A stretch of 64,000 bases of DNA from Candidatus Doudnabacteria bacterium (GTDB taxonomy: Bacteria > Patescibacteriota > JAQUNI01), in assembly GCA_041644975.1 (NCBI GenBank), contig JBAZQX010000002.1, positions 20,603-84,602 on the forward strand, given 5' to 3'. The translations under genes were made by a program, and so were the position numbers. Under the pieces are notes generated by a model. That model made no database searches. It saw only the letters and a list, made by a program, of their open reading frames with translations, and was not told the DNA's origin. Below, piece after piece: positions 10,441 to 18,800 of the stretch. Every line of letters starts with the position of its first letter. The stretch's first letter is position 1.

Positions 10441-10680
10441 ATGATGAGCGAGAAGAAGATAGATCAAGATACACTGGAGAGAATGTATACTATCCTTTCA
10501 GAAGCAGGATTAGCTGACGAATTTATAGTTATATTGAAGATGATCGGCGAAACAGGTTTCACCTTAACTGAACGTGCTATTGTCTCTACTATAAATTCCT
10601 TTGTATTTAATAAGGAGAAGTTCCATAAGGAAGTTGTGGATAAATCTCTTGACTCTATTATAGAGTATGATAAAGTATGA
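10441..10680 (+). CDS. hypothetical small protein
   Basis: The SD aaggaggg is about 5 nt upstream of the ATG at 10441. The longest ORF starts at 10399. Confidence 0.4.
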   Translation: MMSEKKIDQDTLERMYTILSEAGLADEFIVILKMIGETGFTLTERAIVSTINSFVFNKEKFHKEVVDKSLDSIIEYDKV

Positions 10681-10722
10681 TAGTATCATATTAAATCATA
10701 CTTTTTTATTATGTTTTATTAT

Positions 10723-10849
10723 GTCATTGCGAGGAGTGAGCGGAGCGAGCGACGCGGCAATCTCATCAATAATGAAAGATGTACTGACTTAATATCACTA
10801 TTTATAAGATTGCTTCGTCGTCCGCCTTAGGCGGACTCCTCGCAATGAC
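10723..10849. repeat. MITE-like element with perfect 15-bp terminal inverted repeats (gtcattgcgaggagt / actcctcgcaatgac), family B
   Basis: 127-bp GC-rich insert in an AT-rich spacer. It carries the internal palindrome gtccgccttaggcggac, which recurs at 6104 and 38807. Confidence 0.55.
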
Positions 10850-10860
10850 TTTCTAATGCT

Positions 10861-11703
10861 ATGTCTCGGGAAAGATTAACAATTACCATTAACAAACGGC
10901 TCATCGGTTTATTAGACGATTTTATTGATGGTGAAAAGATCCGCAACCGTTCGCACGCGATTGAGTATCTTTTGAGTAAAACGCTGGCGCCTAAGGTTTC
11001 GCGCGCGATTATTTTAGCGGGCGGCCAAGGCTTGAAGATGCGGCCTTTTACCTATGAAATGCCGAAGTGTTTGATTCCAGTGCGCGGCAAGCCGCTTCTT
11101 GAGCACACTTTGGATTTATTAAAGAAATATGAAATCCGCGACATTGTCATTACGATCGGACACCTAGGAGAGAAGGTGCGGAATCATTTTGGCGACGGCT
11201 CGCGATTTGGGGTAAAAATTATTTACGCGGATCAAGGAGAGGGTTTTCGGGGGACGGGCGGCGCTTTGAAAGTGGCAAGGAATCTAGCGGGATGTCCTTT
11301 TTTACTTTTTTATGGAGATGTCTTAGCGGGTATTGATTTAAATGATTTGATTGACTTTCACAAAAGCCATGGCAAAACAATGACGATGGCTTTAACGAGC
11401 GTGGAGGATTCATCGGTTTGGGGAGTGGTGCAGCTCCACGGCACTCAAATCCGGGACTTTGTGGAAAAGCCTAAACAGAGCCAGAGATTATCGCGGCTTA
11501 TCAACGCTGGTATTTATGTCGTGGAGCCTAAGATTTTTGATTATTTCCCCAGAAAAAATATTTTTCGTTTGGAGGAAGACGTTTTTCCTAAACTCGCGCA
11601 AAGCGATGAATTGTATGGTTATCCTTTTGAGGGTCAATGGTTTGACATTGGCACGCCCGAAATCTACGCGCGGGTGATCAAGGAGTGGAATGGGATCAAA
11701 TAA
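10861..11703 (+). CDS. sugar-phosphate nucleotidyltransferase (NTP_transferase fold) fused to N-terminal ribbon-helix-helix (CopG-like) domain
   Basis: The nucleotidyltransferase motifs AIILAGGQGLKMRPFTYEMPKCLIPV and GTGGAL are present. The first ~45 aa (ITINKRLIGLLDDFID ... RSHAIEYLL) fit the RHH pattern. Confidence 0.75.
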   Translation: MSRERLTITINKRLIGLLDDFIDGEKIRNRSHAIEYLLSKTLAPKVSRAIILAGGQGLKMRPFTYEMPKCLIPVRGKPLLEHTLDLLKKYEIRDIVITIGHLGEKVRNHFGDGSRFGVKIIYADQGEGFRGTGGALKVARNLAGCPFLLFYGDVLAGIDLNDLIDFHKSHGKTMTMALTSVEDSSVWGVVQLHGTQIRDFVEKPKQSQRLSRLINAGIYVVEPKIFDYFPRKNIFRLEEDVFPKLAQSDELYGYPFEGQWFDIGTPEIYARVIKEWNGIK

Positions 11704-11942
11704 ATGAAAAATTGTCTCGCTATGCGAGATTTGGCGGAGCCAGAAAAATGAAAAATGCAAAATTGCAATGCAAAATTTAAAATTGAACAAGAGACTTTTT
11801 TAAATTGCAGAATTGTATTTTTTATTTTTTGATCAGTTCTTTTGAGCGGGTTTAAATCTCCGATTTGAACCAAAACGGTTCTTTATAGTTTATGATTTGG
11901 TGGTATTGGATTTTACCCTATCTTAGATAAGGGAGGTGCGCG

Positions 11943-12206
11943 ATGAGTTCTTTTGAAGAAGTCAAACAAAATGTTTTAGAACAAATCAACCATCTTGTAT
12001 CAGTAAGCTGTGATAATCAAATAAAGATTTGTTCTCTACGACAGCTAAATACAAACGCTAGGTTTAGAGGCGGCAGTTGCCCTGGAGCAAAGAGTGTTTG
12101 TGACGATGTGGAAGGCACTTCTTCTATCCAAGGGCTGAAAGATAGTTTAGGCAGTCTAATGTGCGTTCAAACAATGTTTGGACATATTTTAAAGGAGGGC
12201 GAGTAG
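11943..12206 (+). CDS. small Cys-containing hypothetical protein (87 aa), first of three coupled small ORFs
   Basis: A strong SD aagggagg lies 6 nt before the ATG. The stop overlaps the GTG of the next ORF (taGtg). Confidence 0.4.
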   Translation: MSSFEEVKQNVLEQINHLVSVSCDNQIKICSLRQLNTNARFRGGSCPGAKSVCDDVEGTSSIQGLKDSLGSLMCVQTMFGHILKEGE

Positions 12207-12418
12207 TGGGGGGAAAAATTTTTGACATTTTGCCTAAAAGGTCAATAAAGAATATTAGTGTCGGGGAGATTAAGATGACACTAATTGAGCTGCAAAATGC
12301 AGGAATAAAAACTTTTCTGGGTTATAACATAGAAGTTTTGTTAGGGGTATCGGTTTCAGAAGAAGGGGTGCAAGATGAACTTGGGAAAGTATATAGAGAA
12401 TCTCAAGAACGATCTTGA
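12206..12418 (+). CDS. small hypothetical protein (about 70 aa), GTG start, translationally coupled
   Basis: The SD aaggaggg (12192-12199) lies 6 nt before the GTG at 12206. Confidence 0.35.
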   Translation: MGGKIFDILPKRSIKNISVGEIKMTLIELQNAGIKTFLGYNIEVLLGVSVSEEGVQDELGKVYRESQERS

Positions 12419-12596
12419 GAATGGGGGCGTGGCAGATGATTCGGTCGCTGTACTTTGTTATATTACAGCAGCGAATCGTGCTAAAGAAGTTATCCAAGCA
12501 GGCGGACCAGAAAAAGAGACTGCTCAAAATTTTCTAGATCTTTGTATGCAGTCAGACTGTGAAGGTTTAAAATCTATAGTTAGTTCTTTTGTTTGA
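12375..12596 (+). CDS. small hypothetical protein (73 aa) overlapping previous ORF by 44 nt
   Basis: ATG preceded by gaagg. The ORF ends just before terminator 12606-12647. Confidence 0.35.
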   Translation: MNLGKYIENLKNDLENGGVADDSVAVLCYITAANRAKEVIQAGGPEKETAQNFLDLCMQSDCEGLKSIVSSFV

Positions 12597-12605
12597 AATC
12601 AAAAA

Positions 12606-12647
12606 GACCGTGTGTATTGTTTTTTTATCACATGGTCTATTTTTTTA
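12606..12647. terminator. bidirectional rho-independent terminator between the small-ORF trio and trpS
   Basis: Stem gaccgtgtg / cacatggtc with T-runs on both strands. Confidence 0.5.
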
Positions 12648-12679
12648 GAGATTTTAGATTTTCAATTTTAGATTTTAGA

Positions 12680-13657
12680 TTACCTCACCCCAATTTTTTT
12701 CCGTATTTCTTGTAAATTTTTCCCCGCGATTTCGCGCGCTCTTTTCGCGCCTTCAATCAAAATATTTTTTACCTCTTCGGGTCTTTGTTTCAACTCTGTA
12801 TATTTTACACGCATATCGCCAAGGTGCAAGGCAATGTTTTGAGCCAAGATTTTTTTGCATTCCACGCAGCCCAAATTTCCCGAACAGCAATCTCTTTCAA
12901 TGGTTTTTACCAAATCGGGGAGGGAGAATAATTTGTGCAAGGCAAAGATATTGCATTTTTCCGGATGTCCCTTATCGCCCTTTTTAATCTTTTTGGGATC
13001 CGTAAAAGCATTGCGCAATTTAGCGTCAATTTCTTCTTGGGATTCAAAGAGCCCAATGTAATTATTTAAGGTTTTGCTCATCTTGTTTTTACCGTCTAAA
13101 CCCATAATCCGCGGCATCTCGGTTTTTAGGGTTTGGGGCAGGGGAAAGGTTTCACCGAAACGTTTATTAAAGCGCTCGGCGATAAAGCGAGTAAATTCCA
13201 GATGAGGATCTTGGTCTTCGCCTACAGGAACGGCATCGGTTTTGTAAGCTAAGATGTCGGCCGCCATTAAAACAGGGTAAGAAAGCAGGGCTAAATTTAG
13301 ATTATCCGGAAATTGCGCTTTTTTTTCTTTATAAGTGGGCATTCGTTCTAACATCCCCAAGGGAGTGAGCGCTCCCAGAATCCAAGCAAGTTCAGTTTGC
13401 TCCGGGACATAAGATTGGACAGTCAAAATGGATTTTTGGGGGTCAATACCGCAAGCGAGAAGACCAGTAGCCATCTCCAGAATTTCTGGACACAAGGTTT
13501 TTGGCTCAAAAGGGGTGGTTAAGCCATGGTAGTCCACGACTTCAAATATGCATTGGTATTGATCTTGCAGTTCCACCCAATTTTTAATTGCGCCGAAATA
13601 ATTGCCTAAATGCAAAGTACCCGATGGTCTGATGCCTGAAAATAATTTTTTTTCCAT
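12680..13657 (-). CDS. trpS: tryptophan--tRNA ligase
   Basis: Class I motifs HLGN (TLHLGNYFG) and KMSKT. Confidence 0.95.
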   Translation of the reverse strand: MEKKLFSGIRPSGTLHLGNYFGAIKNWVELQDQYQCIFEVVDYHGLTTPFEPKTLCPEILEMATGLLACGIDPQKSILTVQSYVPEQTELAWILGALTPLGMLERMPTYKEKKAQFPDNLNLALLSYPVLMAADILAYKTDAVPVGEDQDPHLEFTRFIAERFNKRFGETFPLPQTLKTEMPRIMGLDGKNKMSKTLNNYIGLFESQEEIDAKLRNAFTDPKKIKKGDKGHPEKCNIFALHKLFSLPDLVKTIERDCCSGNLGCVECKKILAQNIALHLGDMRVKYTELKQRPEEVKNILIEGAKRAREIAGKNLQEIRKKIGVR

Positions 13658-13755
13658 ATTTTTTGAATTAGTTGCGCGCTAGTCAAGCGACTATTCTTTT
13701 TTTCAGCTAATATCACGCAGGATGACCATTTCAAAATTTCTGATTCCTTATTTTA

Positions 13756-15564
13756 CTACGCTCCAATAATCACAGGTAAAATCATTGGCCGGCGCTCTGT
13801 GCGCTTAAACAGATATTCACCGATTTCTTCCCTGATTCGTGATTTGATGTAAGCCTCATTCACGCTTAAGTCCTTTTTACCTTTTATGTCCACAATCTTT
13901 TTTATTTGATTTTTAACTTCTTTTAGTAGTTTATCAGATTCTTTCATATAGATAAAGCCGCGGGAGACAATATCTGGTTCGCCAATTAAAGCGCCGTTAT
14001 CCTTGTTGACAGTGATAATCACCACGAACATTCCATCCTTGGCCATTTGTTGGCGGTCGCGCAAGACCACATGGCCGACATCGCCGACACCGAGGCCGTC
14101 AACTAGGACATAGCCAGAGGGCACTTTATCTTTTAAGATAAGCCCTTTCTGTTCTTGGTCCACGTTCAGGATTTGACCATTCTCCATAATAAAAATATTT
14201 CCGCTCGGTATGCCCAGTTCCCGGGCAATCCAAGCATTATTCACGAGCATATGATGCTCTCCGTGAATTGGAACGAAATATTTAGGCTTCAGAAGCGAGA
14301 GCATCAGTTTCATATCTTCTTTATGGGCGTGCCCTCCGGTGTGAATGTCCATAATTTTTTCATAAAACACGCGCGCGCCTAGGCGGAAGAGGTTATCCAT
14401 CATATTATAGATGGAGCGTTCATTTCCCGGGATGGGAGATGAGGAGAGGATAATGGTGTCCCCTTTGTGGATTTTAATCTCTCTATGTTCTTGGCGGCTC
14501 ATCCGGGCGAGGGCGGATGACTCTTGACCTTGACTTCCTGTAGCCACAATCACCACTTTGTTATCGGGTAAGCTTTTGGTTTGTTTTAAGCTAATTACTG
14601 TGTCGGGAGGAATTTTTAAGTAGTTAAGGCGCACAGTAATTTCTACCGCTTTTTCCAGCGACATTCCAGAGAAGGCGACTTTGCGGCCGGTTTGATAAGC
14701 AGAGTTAACAGCCTGTTGAATTCGGCTGATTAAAGTAGAAAAGGTGGCCATAATAATGCGTCCTTTAGCGGTTTCAAAGATGCGGTGCAATGTTCTGCCA
14801 ATCTTTTTTTCAGAGATGGAGTGGCCTTCCTTTTCGGCGCTTGTGGAGTCGCACATCGCGACAAGGACACCTCTGCCCCCCAGAAGGGCGATGCGCGAGA
14901 AGTCGCTCGGTTTTTCGTCAACAGGCGTGTAATCAAATTTAAAATCGCCAGTCGTCACGCACAGCCCGACGGGGGTGTAGATGGCGATGCCCACACCATC
15001 CGGAATATTATGATTGACGCGAAAGAATTCTAATTCAAAATTGCCGATCCGGATATTGTCATTGACCGTGAAGATATTAAGACGCGCCTTTCGGTCCATT
15101 CCAAATTCTGCCAAGCGATCGCGGATGAGCTCAATGGTGAGGGGTGTACCGTAAAGGTAGGGGTTACCTAGTTTTTCCAAAAGATAAGGGACCGCCCCAA
15201 TATGATCCAGGTGACCATGCGTAAAGATTATGCCGCGAATTTTATGCTTGTTTTTAACGAGGTAAGAGATATCCGGGATTACATAGTCAATACCGAGCAT
15301 TTCTTCATTCGGAAACATTAGCCCCATATCAATTATGATAATATCATTCCCATATTCAAAAACCGTCATATTTTTACCCACCTCCTCCAAGCCGCCTAAA
15401 GGAATAATTTTTAGGTTTGAGTCTTTAGGTTCGGAAGAAGGGGGAGACGGAATAGACTTGATGGCGGGCGGAGGTGTGGGTAGGGGTTTGGTGGTAAATT
15501 TTGGTTTTTTGTGGTTAGGCATAAAAGTAGTTAAAAATGTAAATATCAAAAATAAAAATAACAA
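13756..15564 (-). CDS. rnj: ribonuclease J (metallo-beta-lactamase / beta-CASP) with hydrophobic + Pro-rich N-terminal extension
   Basis: HGHLDHIG motif together with beta-CASP and RNA-metabolising MBL C-terminal domains. The N-terminal 45 aa are Pro/Ser-rich, and an alternative start lies at 15522. Confidence 0.9.
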   Translation of the reverse strand: MLFLFLIFTFLTTFMPNHKKPKFTTKPLPTPPPAIKSIPSPPSSEPKDSNLKIIPLGGLEEVGKNMTVFEYGNDIIIIDMGLMFPNEEMLGIDYVIPDISYLVKNKHKIRGIIFTHGHLDHIGAVPYLLEKLGNPYLYGTPLTIELIRDRLAEFGMDRKARLNIFTVNDNIRIGNFELEFFRVNHNIPDGVGIAIYTPVGLCVTTGDFKFDYTPVDEKPSDFSRIALLGGRGVLVAMCDSTSAEKEGHSISEKKIGRTLHRIFETAKGRIIMATFSTLISRIQQAVNSAYQTGRKVAFSGMSLEKAVEITVRLNYLKIPPDTVISLKQTKSLPDNKVVIVATGSQGQESSALARMSRQEHREIKIHKGDTIILSSSPIPGNERSIYNMMDNLFRLGARVFYEKIMDIHTGGHAHKEDMKLMLSLLKPKYFVPIHGEHHMLVNNAWIARELGIPSGNIFIMENGQILNVDQEQKGLILKDKVPSGYVLVDGLGVGDVGHVVLRDRQQMAKDGMFVVIITVNKDNGALIGEPDIVSRGFIYMKESDKLLKEVKNQIKKIVDIKGKKDLSVNEAYIKSRIREEIGEYLFKRTERRPMILPVIIGA

Positions 15565-15692
15565 ATCAAAATGTAAAAAGAGAAAAATTTTAAAATTTTA
15601 CATTGTCTCGCTTCGCGAGATCTCGTCATGGCTACGCCAGATCTTTAGACGAAGCGATGATCATTTTACATTTTGATTTTTGCATTTTGCAT

Positions 15693-15777
15693 TTCCTTTA
15701 TGCTGGGAGGGAGATTTGAACTCCCATGGTATTGCTACCGCTAGCCCCTGAAGCTAGTGCGTCTGCCAAATTTCGCC
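15693..15777 (-). tRNA. tRNA-Leu (anticodon CAG), type II with long variable arm
   Basis: Manual fold gives acceptor stem GCTGGGA/TCCCAGC, anticodon arm CTAGC-TTCAGGG-GCTAG, T-arm GGGAG-TTCAAAT-CTCCC. CCA is not encoded. Confidence 0.85.
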
Positions 15778-15954
15778 ATCCCAGCAATTTTTTGAAAAGG
15801 CGCGTCACAGCAGTGATTTTCAGGCAAGCATCGCGATTTTCTGAAGATCTCGCGCAGCGATGACAAGAAGAGAGGTTAGAATAAACCCTTGCAATTTTGG
15901 TAATCAATTAATTATTTTTTGTTTTTTATTTAAAAGGGGAGGATAAAACGATTT

Positions 15955-16160
15955 TACCCACACACCAGAAAGCCACCGGTGCCCGGCCTTCGCAGCCGAA
16001 GTGCCGGCTTTAAGTCGCCGACGCTCCATAGCTTTGGCGACGGAGCGCGGAGTAGGCTAAACCCGTGGATGAATGGTGGCTTTCTGGTGAGGGGTTTCGC
16101 TCCACGAAATCCCATTATAAAAAGATGCTACGGGCTTAAAGACCCGTGGAGCTTCATTTG
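15955..16160. ncRNA. GC-rich structured element of unknown class (nested stems) between SBP gene end and tRNA-Leu
   Basis: About 57% GC against an AT-rich background. It contains three helices: a long-range helix ccagaaagccacc (15965-77) with ggtggctttctgg (16073-85), a local helix gctccacg (16099) with cgtggagc (16145), and ccggc..gccgg. A weak U-run follows near 16180. The overlapping 93-aa ORF is implausible. Confidence 0.35.
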
Positions 16161-17986
16161 TCTTGGCGTAAGAGTTGCCTTTTTTGTTCTATATACCAGT
16201 GGGAGAGTCCCGCAAAACGCTCGTAAGGGAAGACGACCTTTTCAGTTTCAATACCTTTGATTTTTTTATTCACGCCGCAGAGATAAATGGATCTATAGAG
16301 AGGAATAACTGGTATTTCTTGATTTAATATTTGTTCTAATTTTTTATAATCTTCTTGTTGTGAGACTGGGTCATCAATAGTTTTTAGTTCTTCCAGGATT
16401 TTATCCGCTTCTGTATTTTCGAAAGAAGCTAAGTTTAATCCGGGGTCGCGGATTTGTGAAGAATGCCAAAAGATATAAAGATCAGGATTATGGACTAACA
16501 CTTCTCCGTAGATGAGGGCGTCAAAATTACGCGGTCGGATATATTCTTGTTGAATTTTTGCCGTATTATAGGATTCCGTGATTAGTTCAATTCCCGCTTG
16601 TCTATAGGCGGTTTTCAGAATTTCCGCGGTTTGGACGTATTCCGTCCAAACCGTAGTCACAAGAGTGAAATTTAAACGGTCTTTACCTTTAGTATATATT
16701 CCATCCGCCCCTTTTGTCCAGCCCTCTTTTTCTAAGATTTGCTCTGTTTTTTGGGGGTCAAACTCCCGTTTGGTAAGATTTTCTACATCTGCCAAGAGAA
16801 GGGGGGAGTAGGTTATTTGTCCGGCGTCTGCGATGGCTTCTTCAATGATTTGTTTCTTCGGGGTCGCATATTCTAAGGCTTCGCGAATATACTTTTCTTT
16901 AAATAATTTATTGCGGTTTGGATTTAGAAATATAGAATATATATGAGGCAATTCTAAAGAGTAGAGATTTAGAAAATCGTTATTAGCAAGTTTATTTTTA
17001 TATCCTTTAGGAATATAGCCAGCTCCATCAATCTGGCGGCTTTGCAGATCTGAAAGTAGAGTATCAAAATCGGGATAAAATTGGAAATTAATTTTCTCCA
17101 GATAGGGCTTCAGACCATAATAATTAGGGTTCGGCTTTAAGGAGTAGGATTCAACACCGCCTTCTTTGTTTTTTTTGAGTTTGTAAAATTGCCATGGTCC
17201 AGAGCCGATTGGTTTCAGATTATATTCAGATAAAGGGGCATTCGTCGAGGGGATTGTCTCCCAAATATGCATGGGCAGGATGCCAAAGGTGAGCGTGGAA
17301 AGAAAAGGAGTATAGGGTTCTTTGAGGGTAAACTTAAGCTTTAATGCGTCAATTTTTTCCATTTCTACGCCCAAAAAGCTTGAGCGCAGGGGGCTCTTAA
17401 AGTCCGGGTCTTGAATTCTATGGATGGTGAAAATAATATCGTCAGCAGTTAAAGGCTCGCCATCCTGCCAGATGAGGTTAGGTTTCAACGTGAATGTATA
17501 GGTCTTTTTATCCTCTGAAATTTGATAATCTTGGGCTAAATCTGGCACCAATTCTTGTTTGTCATTATAAATCATTAAGCCGGAAAAGATGAGGTAGGCG
17601 AGATCCATATCAATGTCGTTGGTTTGGGCCAGAATAGGATTCACGTATTTAGGTTGGCCTACTAGCCCTTCGGTATATTGCCCCCCTTGGGCCGGCACTA
17701 ATTTGGAGTGTTTAAGATAATAGATATCTATCCAAAAGACAATACTGGCCAGAATGATACCGCTCAAGATAAAGATTACAATCCGCTCCCAAGTTTTCAG
17801 CGTGCGGGGGATATTGGCAATCTGTTTTAATTTAGGAATGCGGATTTTTTTTGATTCTTCTTTAGAAAAAAAGGAAGTCCGCAGGGGGCGGATTTGTTTT
17901 AGGCCATCCAGGGATTTTTTGAAGAGAGAGGAGGAGGAAGAAAGACTAGAAGATGCTTCTTTCTCTTTTTCCCCGATTTTTGACAT
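16154..17986 (-). CDS. ABC transporter substrate-binding protein, family 5 (peptide/nickel type) with N-terminal membrane anchor
   Basis: SBP_bac_5-like architecture, an N-terminal TM helix IVIFILSGIILASIVFWI, and a Ser-rich leader. Confidence 0.8.
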   Translation of the reverse strand: MSKIGEKEKEASSSLSSSSSLFKKSLDGLKQIRPLRTSFFSKEESKKIRIPKLKQIANIPRTLKTWERIVIFILSGIILASIVFWIDIYYLKHSKLVPAQGGQYTEGLVGQPKYVNPILAQTNDIDMDLAYLIFSGLMIYNDKQELVPDLAQDYQISEDKKTYTFTLKPNLIWQDGEPLTADDIIFTIHRIQDPDFKSPLRSSFLGVEMEKIDALKLKFTLKEPYTPFLSTLTFGILPMHIWETIPSTNAPLSEYNLKPIGSGPWQFYKLKKNKEGGVESYSLKPNPNYYGLKPYLEKINFQFYPDFDTLLSDLQSRQIDGAGYIPKGYKNKLANNDFLNLYSLELPHIYSIFLNPNRNKLFKEKYIREALEYATPKKQIIEEAIADAGQITYSPLLLADVENLTKREFDPQKTEQILEKEGWTKGADGIYTKGKDRLNFTLVTTVWTEYVQTAEILKTAYRQAGIELITESYNTAKIQQEYIRPRNFDALIYGEVLVHNPDLYIFWHSSQIRDPGLNLASFENTEADKILEELKTIDDPVSQQEDYKKLEQILNQEIPVIPLYRSIYLCGVNKKIKGIETEKVVFPYERFAGLSHWYIEQKRQLLRQDK

Positions 17987-17990
17987 ATTG

Positions 17991-18206
17991 TTAAATTAAT
18001 ACGTTCACCAATGCTATTGTGCCAAAGGCAATAGCTAAAAATATAGTCGCGCGAAAGACAATTTTTTCCACGCCTCTTTTGGTTCGGTAAAATCCCCCCT
18101 CGCCGCCAAAAGCACTGCTTAAACCTGTGCCGCGGGCTTGGACCAAAATCGCTGCCGTGAGCAATATCGCGAGGATAATCTGGACAATTTTTAATATTTG
18201 TGACAT
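17991..18206 (-). CDS. secG: preprotein translocase subunit SecG
   Basis: 71 aa with two TM helices and the Gly-rich loop GLSSAFGGEGG. Confidence 0.8.
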   Translation of the reverse strand: MSQILKIVQIILAILLTAAILVQARGTGLSSAFGGEGGFYRTKRGVEKIVFRATIFLAIAFGTIALVNVLI

Positions 18207-18589
18207 ATTAAAACAAGGTCTTGTTTAAAACAAAAGGTGATTATAGAATACCATTTTAGAGTGGGGGAGTCAATAAGAAGGGAAGCAGGAATCGGGAATA
18301 GGGAATTATGAATAATAAATAATTCCTTCATCTCTTTATTCCTAATTCATTATTCCTGCCTGCCCACCGACCTGTCCGCCGAAGTTTTAACGAAGGGGGA
18401 AGCCCGAAGGGCGTAGGTGGGATTCATGATTCCAGTTTATTGTTCTTTTTATCCAGTGTTCTTTTGATAACAAAGACACTCTTGCCGGAGATTTTCATTT
18501 TCGGTAAGATTTTCCTGTTTCGGTTTTTGATTTTGTTTTTTAGTTTTTTGTAATGCATAGATAAGAATATAAGAAAGGAGTGATAATAC

Positions 18590-18766
18590 ATGCCGGGACT
18601 ATGCTACGCCATCTGGGAAATAGACGATAAGTTTGTTGGGGAATCTTTTCCCGTAGGTGCTGAAGAGGATTTGTGGGAGCCGGTTGCTTTGCTGAAAACA
18701 GAGGAAAAAAATCCGCGATTTTTACGGAGGTGTGATAAGGAAGATACGCGGTCAAAGCATTATTAA
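18590..18766 (+). CDS. 58-aa hypothetical protein (not in ORF track; preferred over antisense ORF 18540..18755)
   Basis: The SD aaggag lies 9 nt upstream of the ATG at 18590. The ORF ends at hairpin terminator 18771-18800. Confidence 0.3.
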   Translation: MPGLCYAIWEIDDKFVGESFPVGAEEDLWEPVALLKTEEKNPRFLRRCDKEDTRSKHY

Positions 18767-18770
18767 GATA

Positions 18771-18800
18771 GCCGATATTGAAAATATCGGTTTTTTTATT
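18771..18800. terminator. rho-independent terminator (convergent with uvrC 3-prime end)
   Basis: Stem ccgatatt / atatcgg with loop gaaa and a run of 7 T. Confidence 0.5.

Noticed and set aside
11943-12596. Single frameshifted gene instead of three small ORFs
   Set aside because: ORF A and ORF C share a frame, but an in-frame stop at about 12243 and independent SD sequences for A and B favour separate coupled cistrons. This could not be resolved without homologs.
15955-16160. RNase P RNA, SRP RNA or tmRNA identity for the structured element
   Set aside because: Only short motif echoes were found (CUCCAUAG, CCGGCUUUA). The element order is wrong for RNase P and the length is about 200 nt, which is too short. 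There is no GGAA-tetraloop SRP domain IV and no tRNA-like T-loop for tmRNA. It was left unclassified.
15979-16260. 93-aa ORF (MPGLRSRSAGFKSP ...) over the GC-rich element
   Set aside because: It is Arg/Gly/Pro-rich nonsense produced by GC-rich palindromic DNA. It overlaps the 3-prime end of the opposite-strand substrate-binding protein gene and has no SD. It is better explained as structured RNA or a repeat.
18540-18755. 71-aa minus-strand ORF
   Set aside because: There is no SD. The opposite strand has a better-supported small ORF with an SD and terminator.
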